A program made the translations under genes and the position numbers. Shown one piece after another: positions 40,482-47,638 of a stretch of 56,506 nucleotides of DNA. Origin of the DNA: a virus; the IMG/VR virus record IMGVR_UViG_3300029951_000034. One strand, given 5' to 3'. Under the pieces are notes generated by a model. It did no database searches, was not told the origin of the DNA, and was given only the letters and a program-made list of their open reading frames with translations. Numbering within the stretch: the first letter of the stretch is position 1; each line of letters opens with the position of its first letter.

Positions 40482-40781
40482 ATGACCGAAGCCTATCCCG
40501 AACCCAAACGCGGCCCCGGTCGTCCGCCGAAGCCCCCCGCCGCGCCTCTCGAAGCCGAGTCCGAAACCGTCAAAATCCTGCCGATGTCGTCCGCCCCTCA
40601 TGACGGCAAGCCACTCTGGCTGACCGCCAACGGGGCGACGTGGGTCAGGGCGGCCTGGAGGTCGACGCGGGTCATGGACTACGAGAAGCGCCGGTTCGTG
40701 CCGGCCGGTTTCTGGGTGTTCCAGAACACGGTCAGGAAGATCGACTTCGAGCCGACCGGCTGGAGCGAACTCCATGAGTGA
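40482..40781 (+). CDS. AT-hook-containing small protein (99 aa)
   Basis: PKRGPGRPPKPP, then SAPHDGKPLWLTANG...GWSELHE, which is DUF551-like. Confidence 0.5.
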   Translation: MTEAYPEPKRGPGRPPKPPAAPLEAESETVKILPMSSAPHDGKPLWLTANGATWVRAAWRSTRVMDYEKRRFVPAGFWVFQNTVRKIDFEPTGWSELHE

Positions 40782-41385
40782 AACCTATCTGGGCTCCGAG
40801 ACGGTGGCGGCCGAGGGCTACCTACAGCCCAAGAGCTACCGCATCTTCTGTCTCTGCAACCGCTGCGGCAACGAATATTCGTGGGTGGCGAAGTCCCCCG
40901 GCGGAAAGGACCGCCCATGCCCGCGCAGGGCGTGCAAGGCCGAGGCCATGGAAGAGGACATCATGGAGCGGGCCGAGCGGCTGGCAACCATGCTGGCCGA
41001 GCAGCGAGCCCCGGCCGTGGTCGGGGCCAATAACCAGGTCCGCGCCATCGACACGACCGCCGAGATTGTCATGCAGGACTACAACATGACCGATCTGAAG
41101 ACCAACGTGCGCGAGGGCGAGGGGGTGGCGCCGAAGCTGCCGGCGGCGCAACAGCGTCTGGCGGACGGGTTCTTTGGCGGCAAGGCGATCCGGGAAACGC
41201 AAGGCAAGAGGGTGGGCGACCAGATGCAGCGCATCGCCGCGCGGGCGATCAAGGGGGCTTACGGCGCCTCGCCCATCAACCCCGGCGCCATTGCCGGCGG
41301 CAAGCCCGGAGTAAAGATACTGCGGCGGGTCAGTGGACCGATCGCGCCGACGCAGGCGCCAGTCAGGCAGTTGGGCCGGGGCTAG
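40774..41385 (+). CDS. hypothetical protein with an N-terminal four-Cys zinc ribbon (203 aa)
   Basis: CLCNRCGN...CPRRAC. Its stop TAG shares the palindrome CTAG with the convergent gene's stop. Confidence 0.5.
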   Translation: MSETYLGSETVAAEGYLQPKSYRIFCLCNRCGNEYSWVAKSPGGKDRPCPRRACKAEAMEEDIMERAERLATMLAEQRAPAVVGANNQVRAIDTTAEIVMQDYNMTDLKTNVREGEGVAPKLPAAQQRLADGFFGGKAIRETQGKRVGDQMQRIAARAIKGAYGASPINPGAIAGGKPGVKILRRVSGPIAPTQAPVRQLGRG

Positions 41386-41591
41386 GAGCCCTGCGTCGCC
41401 ACCAGCTGCATGATGGCGTCCTGATTGTTGAAGCTGGCCCCGAACGCCTGGACTCCCTCGACAACCTGCGTCTCGCCATTGGCGTAGGTCACCAGGACTT
41501 CCTTGGCGATGGCGTCATAGGTGGCGAATCTGACGATGGAGCCCAGGATTTGATAGGTCCATGTAGCGTTCGGATTTGGAAGCTCGGTCAC
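41382..41591 (-). CDS. hypothetical protein (69 aa), co-oriented with the portal gene
   Basis: ORF starting 2 nt after the portal stop. Confidence 0.5.
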   Translation of the reverse strand: MTELPNPNATWTYQILGSIVRFATYDAIAKEVLVTYANGETQVVEGVQAFGASFNNQDAIMQLVATQGS

Positions 41592-41593
41592 GC

Positions 41594-43378
41594 CTACTTC
41601 TTCCTCGCCCCGCCCTGAAGCAACTTGAGCGCGCCCTGCGGGTCGTTCTTCTCCAGCTCCTGAAGTTGGGCCGCCTTGGCCGCCTCCCGCCGCTCCAGGC
41701 CGGCCACGAGGTTCTCCACGCCGCCGATGTCGGAGCGCTCAAGCACGTCTTCCGCCGAAATCGCGCCGATCTTGAGCAGGTCATACAGCAATGCCTTGGC
41801 CTCCGCCGCGAAGGCGGGCGAAGAGGAATGCGAATCGACCATCAGGGTCACGCCGTCATCAAGGTCAGCGAAGTGGAAATAGATCGGCACGAGGCCTGGC
41901 GCCGGCGGTGTGATCAGCGGATTGGCGGATGCCTTCTCGCCGCCGGCCGCCGCCTCCGGAACCCACGCCACCAGCTTGGTCGCCTCGTGCGCCTTGGCTT
42001 GGTCCAGCATCAGGCCGCCGAGCGACTCCACCGACCGCTCGATCAATAGGGCCGGGTCCTTGAAGCGCGGCGAGGATTGCTGGACCAGGGTCTCGGCATG
42101 GCCCTGCGAGCGCACCCCCGCCTCGCCGCGCCCCTTGGTGATCGGCGGCTTGCCGCCAACCTCGTCCATCATCCGCTCGTATTCGTGCAGGGTCTCATAG
42201 AGCCCGGCAGGGACTTCCGGGGCGACGTTCTTGACATCCGCTGTCGGCACGGTGTCCGCCCACCAGCCGCCCGGCTTGTTCAGCTTGGCGACCACGTTCT
42301 GATTGACGCCCGACCCGCCCTTGAAAAACTTCGGTGGGTCTTCCTGCTGGCGAAGCAGTCTGGCGATGCCATTGACCCGCGCGTTGATGGCTTCTTGCAG
42401 TAGCAGGACGTTGGCGATTTCCGGCCATGCCCAGAAGTAGCCATCCAGCGGCGAGGGGCAAACCTCGATAAACGGATGCTTTGCTTTCAGGTATGGGCTG
42501 TCGGCCTGGCTGTCTGTGTTCCAGCTCATGAAATTGGTGGTCTGGTACTTGCCGCGAATGAGCATGTCGTCGCCGACCAGCCAGAAGGTCGCCCAGTTCT
42601 CCCGCTCATCATCCCAGACCCAAAGTTCGTCCATCTGGAGCATGGACGCCTTCATGTCCGCGCTCATGGTCGGGCCGATGCTGGACATCCAGTCGACGGT
42701 ATTGCGGCCCTGAGCCGGCGGGTCATTGGCCCCGCGATAGGGTTGGAACGAGCCGACCACGATCTGCATCCCGGCGTTCATCACCGGGCTGTCGGCGATC
42801 TTACTGACGTAGGAGCGCGCCTTGCGCTTCAGTTTGGCCTCGTCCGGGTGGCCGGCGATCATCCGGTCAAACTCATATTGCGAAATGTACATGCGGTGGT
42901 TGAACGCATCCATGTCGGTGTCGAGCGAGCCCCGGCTCTCCTGAAGCACGCCCATGGACTCCGGCTGGATCAGTTCAGGCTTGAACCCCGACCCCTTCCA
43001 GTTCTGCTTGATGAAGGTCTTTCCCTTGACCATGGACCACTTCACGCTGTCCGATATCAGGGTGTCGGTGTCCGACTGCCGGGCCATCTTCCGGAGCGAC
43101 GCCGACGCCGCGTCCCCCTTGGCCTTTTCCTTGACGTTGGGAAGGTCTGGATCGGTGATCAGCCATTTGAGACTGACCGGAGAATAAAGCAGGCTGCTGA
43201 GATCGTCGATATAGGCTCCGGTCTTGTTATAGACCGCCGCGTCGGCCGCCGATGACGCGCCGTACAGGAAGTAGTTCTTGAAGGTTGCCCCGCGCTGGAT
43301 GCGCTCCGCCTGCGATGTCATGCATTGATTGGCGACCTCCTGAACGAAGCCTTCCAACCTCTTGGGGGGAATACGCAT
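41594..43378 (-). CDS. putative portal protein (594 aa), encoded opposite to the flanking structural genes
   Basis: Assigned from its size, its position between terL and the scaffold/capsid genes, and a helical acidic/basic C-terminal tail. The plus-strand ORFs here look like antisense artefacts. Confidence 0.6.
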   Translation of the reverse strand: MRIPPKRLEGFVQEVANQCMTSQAERIQRGATFKNYFLYGASSAADAAVYNKTGAYIDDLSSLLYSPVSLKWLITDPDLPNVKEKAKGDAASASLRKMARQSDTDTLISDSVKWSMVKGKTFIKQNWKGSGFKPELIQPESMGVLQESRGSLDTDMDAFNHRMYISQYEFDRMIAGHPDEAKLKRKARSYVSKIADSPVMNAGMQIVVGSFQPYRGANDPPAQGRNTVDWMSSIGPTMSADMKASMLQMDELWVWDDERENWATFWLVGDDMLIRGKYQTTNFMSWNTDSQADSPYLKAKHPFIEVCPSPLDGYFWAWPEIANVLLLQEAINARVNGIARLLRQQEDPPKFFKGGSGVNQNVVAKLNKPGGWWADTVPTADVKNVAPEVPAGLYETLHEYERMMDEVGGKPPITKGRGEAGVRSQGHAETLVQQSSPRFKDPALLIERSVESLGGLMLDQAKAHEATKLVAWVPEAAAGGEKASANPLITPPAPGLVPIYFHFADLDDGVTLMVDSHSSSPAFAAEAKALLYDLLKIGAISAEDVLERSDIGGVENLVAGLERREAAKAAQLQELEKNDPQGALKLLQGGARKK

Positions 43379-43425
43379 TCAGTAGTATCCGGTTGTCATT
43401 CTAAGTAAACCCGCAAAAGATTACG

Positions 43426-43455
43426 TTGACACGACTGATTTCGCCACCTTATTCT
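43426..43455 (+). promoter_or_regulatory. candidate promoter of the rightward head/late operon
   Basis: TTGACA, 17-18 nt, TTATTCT. Preceded by G, giving GTTGACACG. Confidence 0.45.
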
Positions 43456-43514
43456 TCGCGTCGTCACCCCGGTAGGCTCTCTCGCCGGGTACTTCAAACC
43501 CAAGGAGACTTTCG

Positions 43515-43562
43515 ATGATCACGCGTTCCAAGCGTCACAAGGGCCGCAAGGGCCGGAAGTAA
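43515..43562 (+). CDS. 15-aa highly basic mini-ORF (MITRSKRHKGRKGRK)
   Basis: AAGGAGA RBS 7 nt upstream. Followed by a weak hairpin plus T5. Confidence 0.3.
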   Translation: MITRSKRHKGRKGRK

Positions 43563-43641
43563 TTCCGACCTCCCCGGCGGTCCGACTTCCTCCCCTGGCC
43601 GGCCGCCTGGGAGCCTCTTTTTAGGAGCCTAAGTCGCTTCA

Positions 43642-44079
43642 ATGCCGATGCCGATACCAGGGATGGGCGGAGGCGCGCCGCCTCCAGGGATGCCCCCGCC
43701 GGGTATGGGTGGCGGTGGAGCGCCCCCCGGATCGCCGCCGATCGGCACGGGACCGGCCACGGCCCCAGGACCCCAGGCAGGCTCCGCCGCCCAGGGCATG
43801 TCGCAAGTCAAGCTCGCCGTCGAGATGCTTCAGAAGTCGCTCGTCGGCATTCCCATGGGCTCACCACTCCACAACGACGTGATGAAGGCGATCTCCTCGC
43901 TGTCCAAGAACATCGCGCAGGGCGCCGACGATCAGTCCGCCATGATGCAGCAATTGACCCAACTCGCCCGCAGCGCGCAGCAGGACCCCGCGCGCCAGGC
44001 GCAGATGCGGGCCATGTCCCCCGGCGGCGCCCCTCCAGGCGGCGCTCCACCCCCCTCACCCGCCCCGATGGCGGCATAG
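43642..44079 (+). CDS. protein with Pro/Gly-rich disordered termini around a helical core (145 aa)
   Basis: MPMPIPGMGGGAPPPGMPPPGMGGGGAPPGSPP... and ...PGGAPPGGAPPPSPAPMAA. Confidence 0.55.
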   Translation: MPMPIPGMGGGAPPPGMPPPGMGGGGAPPGSPPIGTGPATAPGPQAGSAAQGMSQVKLAVEMLQKSLVGIPMGSPLHNDVMKAISSLSKNIAQGADDQSAMMQQLTQLARSAQQDPARQAQMRAMSPGGAPPGGAPPPSPAPMAA

Positions 44080-44089
44080 GAGAACGATC

Positions 44090-44275
44090 ATGTCCACCGG
44101 CAAGTTTCCCCGCGCCTACGTCCGCGACGTGCCCGCCGAAGGGTCCGATCCGATGATGATTTACGTCCCCTTCGACAACACGCCCTACGGCTCGCCCAAG
44201 TCGGCCATGCCCAAGGACTTGAAGCGCCCGGGTTCGCTTGAGCACGTCGGCGGCACGGCGGGGAAGAAAGGCTGA
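44090..44275 (+). CDS. hypothetical protein (61 aa)
   Basis: ORF with a GGAGAA RBS. Confidence 0.45.
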   Translation: MSTGKFPRAYVRDVPAEGSDPMMIYVPFDNTPYGSPKSAMPKDLKRPGSLEHVGGTAGKKG

Positions 44276-44278
44276 TCC

Positions 44279-44860
44279 ATGGCCGAAGCCACCCCCTCCC
44301 AACTGCGCGCCGAAAAACTGGTGGCCGACCTGCTGGCCGACGCCAATGTGAGCGCCACCGTCCGCGCCAAGGCGAAGGCGCTTTTCCCGGACGCCGGCTT
44401 CTCGTTCCCGGAAGACCGAATCGATCCGCTGCTTTCGCCCCTGGTCGCCGAGAACGCGGCCCTCAAGGCGCGGCTGGACAAGTGGGAGGAAGATCGCGCC
44501 GCCGAGAAGGCCACCGCCGAGGAAAACGCCGCCAGGACCACCTTCGAGCAGCGCGTGGCCGAGGCCAAGCAAAAATATTCCCTCAACGCCGAGGGGGTCG
44601 AGGCGGTGCTGGAGCGCATGAAGGCGACCGGCAACTATACCGACGTGGACGCCACCGCCGCGTGGTTCGTCCAGGCCAATCCGCCGGCCAAGGCCCCGCG
44701 CTCCACCTACGGCGCCAGCCGGATCAACATCTTCGAGGGCGGGGGCGAGGATGAATATAAGGAACTGATGCGCGATCCCGACGCGTTCCTCGACGCCCAA
44801 CTCAACAAGTTCGCCGCCGATCCGGCCGCCTACGAGGCGGAGACGTTCGGAATCCAATGA
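44279..44860 (+). CDS. putative scaffolding protein (193 aa)
   Basis: Helical, charged and coiled-coil-like. It lies immediately upstream of the major capsid gene. Confidence 0.6.
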   Translation: MAEATPSQLRAEKLVADLLADANVSATVRAKAKALFPDAGFSFPEDRIDPLLSPLVAENAALKARLDKWEEDRAAEKATAEENAARTTFEQRVAEAKQKYSLNAEGVEAVLERMKATGNYTDVDATAAWFVQANPPAKAPRSTYGASRINIFEGGGEDEYKELMRDPDAFLDAQLNKFAADPAAYEAETFGIQ

Positions 44861-44891
44861 TGGCGTCAGTTTTTAGCGAAGGATTTGCCTG

Positions 44892-45962
44892 ATGGCGTTC
44901 CCCAATACTCCGGTCCCCGGCCTCACCGGAAGCGGGATCGTCCCCGGTGGAGTTCTTGGTTCTCAATTGGCCGCGCTGACTCGGCGCGCGGTAATTCCGT
45001 CGGTCTACACGCAGATTTACCAAAGCCATGTCGCGTTGAGCATGTTCATGGCCAACGCCAAGCCGGCTCGCGGCGGTATCAGCAGCATCACCATTCCGAT
45101 CCAGGGCGCCAGCTTCGTCTCGTTCGGCTGGGGCTCGTTTTCCGGCGACTTCGCCCTGCCGGAAGACCAGGCCGCCATCCAGGACGCCCGCTACGACCTG
45201 AAGCTGGGCATGGTCCCGATCGGCTTCTTCGGCATGGAAGCGATCGTCCAGTCGTCCGAAGTGATCATCCCCAAACTCCGCGCCCAGATGAGCGATGCCG
45301 CGGTGGTCATGAAGCAAGCCTACGCCCAGGCCCTCTACTCCAACAACTACGGCCAGAACCTGGTCTGGGACAGCCTGTCGATGGCCTACGACGACGGGAC
45401 CAATGTCCCGTCCTACGGCGGTATCGCGCGGGCCGGAAACCAGTACTGGGCCGGCCAGTTGATCACCAACATGCCCGTAGCCGCGACCTCGCGGGTGGGC
45501 ATGATGCAGCTCCTGGCGCGGGTGCAGGCCGGCGCCGGCGGCGAGGCTCCGGACTTCGCGGTCATGAACCCGGCCAACTGGGCGGTTCTGGCCGGCGACT
45601 ACATGAACCTGGAGATGTTCACGACCAAGCCGAAGTCGATCTACGAGAAGGATGATGTGGTCAACGCCGGGTTCCGTGGCATCTCCATCATGGACACGCC
45701 GATCTTCCCCGACCCCTTCTGCCCGCTCGGCTCCATGTTCATCGTCAACTCACGCTACACCGGACTCTATATGTCGGAGTACGCGCCAATGACCTTCAGC
45801 GGGTTCGAAAGCCAGATTCCCCTGGGCCAGATTTCGGAAATCGGCGTCCTGATTTCGTGCTCCGATCTGGTCTGCGCCAAGCCCTCCAGCGGCGCGCAGG
45901 TTCAGGGCATCACGGGTGTCGCCTGGCCCAACACCCCCACCAGTCAACCGGCCGTCATCTAG
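44892..45962 (+). CDS. major capsid protein (356 aa)
   Basis: Assigned from its position after the scaffold gene, its size, and the strong terminator after the next gene. No motif-level proof. Confidence 0.7.
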   Translation: MAFPNTPVPGLTGSGIVPGGVLGSQLAALTRRAVIPSVYTQIYQSHVALSMFMANAKPARGGISSITIPIQGASFVSFGWGSFSGDFALPEDQAAIQDARYDLKLGMVPIGFFGMEAIVQSSEVIIPKLRAQMSDAAVVMKQAYAQALYSNNYGQNLVWDSLSMAYDDGTNVPSYGGIARAGNQYWAGQLITNMPVAATSRVGMMQLLARVQAGAGGEAPDFAVMNPANWAVLAGDYMNLEMFTTKPKSIYEKDDVVNAGFRGISIMDTPIFPDPFCPLGSMFIVNSRYTGLYMSEYAPMTFSGFESQIPLGQISEIGVLISCSDLVCAKPSSGAQVQGITGVAWPNTPTSQPAVI

Positions 45963-45975
45963 GAGAAACTGACCA

Positions 45976-46767
45976 ATGCCTATCCAGTATGGCGGTCCCG
46001 GCGTCACTCCATCGCTCGGCGCCCTCGTCACCACGGCGATCGAACTTCAAGGCGCGCAAGCGTACGCCATCCCCGCCGGGCGGTGGAATGTCAATCTTGG
46101 GACCAAGACGGTCTTCCAGGAGTTCAACCCCATCACCCTGGGCTACCAGAATATCGAGGTTGGCTCCACCAGCACGCTCGGCGGAACGGTGTTCTCCGAT
46201 GGAGTCAATTATCGGCTGTTCAACCCGACCGGCACCGGAACCGGATCGACCATCTCCGCCGCTGGGTCCGGCTATCTGACGCCGCCCGTGGTAACCGCCT
46301 CGTCCGGCGGATCGGTGTGGCGGGCCATCGTCGGCGGCGCGGTCAGTTCGACCATCTCCATCACCAATGGCGGGACCAACTACACCTATCCGCCGCTGGT
46401 GCTGATCTCCCCGCCTCCCGGCGGCGGCATTCCGGCCACCGCCTACGCCACCCTGACGGCCGGCGTAGTCTCCGCCGTGACCCTGGTCGCGGCCGGAGCC
46501 GGCTACGCTTTCCCGCCGACTATCTCGTTCGTCAACGATCCGCGCGAGGGGCTCAACGGTGTGGCCCAGGGCTACAACGCGGCGGCGACCTGCACCTTGA
46601 CCGGCTCTGGAACCGTCACCGGCCTGACGCTGATCGATCCGGGCGCGGCTGTTGCCTCCGCCGCTCCGACCCTGGCCTTCACCTCCGCCTCCGGTTCGGG
46701 TGCGGCGGCGACCGTGACGGGTTGGGTCGCGGCGGCCCTGGATGCGATCACCATACTTCCGACCTGA
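45976..46767 (+). CDS. putative capsid decoration protein carrying GxGY modules (263 aa)
   Basis: AAGSGYLTPPVVTASSGG..., NGGTNYTYPPLVLISPPPGG..., AAGAGYAFPPTISF... Confidence 0.5.
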   Translation: MPIQYGGPGVTPSLGALVTTAIELQGAQAYAIPAGRWNVNLGTKTVFQEFNPITLGYQNIEVGSTSTLGGTVFSDGVNYRLFNPTGTGTGSTISAAGSGYLTPPVVTASSGGSVWRAIVGGAVSSTISITNGGTNYTYPPLVLISPPPGGGIPATAYATLTAGVVSAVTLVAAGAGYAFPPTISFVNDPREGLNGVAQGYNAAATCTLTGSGTVTGLTLIDPGAAVASAAPTLAFTSASGSGAAATVTGWVAAALDAITILPT

Positions 46768-46794
46768 TCGCCGGAGCCATATGATGATACAGTC

Positions 46795-46829
46795 GGGCGG
46801 CGGTCTCATTGGCCGCCGCCCTTTTCGTT
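46795..46829 (+). terminator. rho-independent terminator after the capsid genes
   Basis: GGGCGGCGG - 9-nt loop - CCGCCGCCC, followed by TTTTCGTT. Confidence 0.8.
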
Positions 46830-46837
46830 GGTGACCC

Positions 46838-47638
46838 ATGGCCCTGAGCGACTATCTGAACACGACATCGGCGCTTCTAAGGGACCAGAACTTCGCCTTC
46901 ATCAGCAAGACGCAGCTCACCGGATGGATCAACACGAGCCGTGTCACCGTCGCCAAGCGCACCGGCTGCATTCGCCGCTTCGTGACCGGACAGTCGGCCT
47001 GGGGGGCCACGGCGCAACCTGGCTCGATGATCCCCGGCGCCATCCAACCCGGCGCCCTGCCGGCCGCGCAGCCCAGCATCACCGGATCGGCGGTGGGCGG
47101 TCTTCAGACCATCCCCGGCGTCGAGCGCTACCCCTATGAGGGCTTCTTCAACCCGTATATGCAACAGCAGTACGACGGCATTCGCGGGATCGTCGATGTC
47201 ATCACCCTGTCGGTCAACTGGGGTGGCGGCGGGGCTTTCAAGCCGGCTCTGGACTGGTTGCCATGGGAGGACATGCAGGCCTACTGCCGTTCGGTCTCGA
47301 CTCAGATGTTCAACGACCCTGCCGTCTGGAGCGTCTATAACGACGGCGAGGATGGCGAGGTGTGGATGTGGCCGCCCCCCTCGCAAATCGGCGTCATCGA
47401 GGCGGACACAACCTGTCTGCCTGCGCCGCTGAACACCGACGACGACTTCGACGCCATTCCCAAGAGTTTTCGCGACGCCATCAAGTTCGGGGCCGCCTCC
47501 CTGGCCTTCCTGGGCTCGCAGCGCTACGCCCAGGCGGAGGTCATGGATAGCCTGTTCATGAAGGCTCTTGGCGTCGATCGAGTAGCCGTGGATCGGGGAA
47601 AGACGCAGCGGTACTACCCGCAAACCAGGTTTGGCTGA
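46838..47638 (+). CDS. putative head-to-tail adaptor / tail tubular protein A-like protein (266 aa)
   Basis: Assigned by gene order only (capsid, this gene, then the large nozzle-like protein). Confidence 0.4.
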   Translation: MALSDYLNTTSALLRDQNFAFISKTQLTGWINTSRVTVAKRTGCIRRFVTGQSAWGATAQPGSMIPGAIQPGALPAAQPSITGSAVGGLQTIPGVERYPYEGFFNPYMQQQYDGIRGIVDVITLSVNWGGGGAFKPALDWLPWEDMQAYCRSVSTQMFNDPAVWSVYNDGEDGEVWMWPPPSQIGVIEADTTCLPAPLNTDDDFDAIPKSFRDAIKFGAASLAFLGSQRYAQAEVMDSLFMKALGVDRVAVDRGKTQRYYPQTRFG

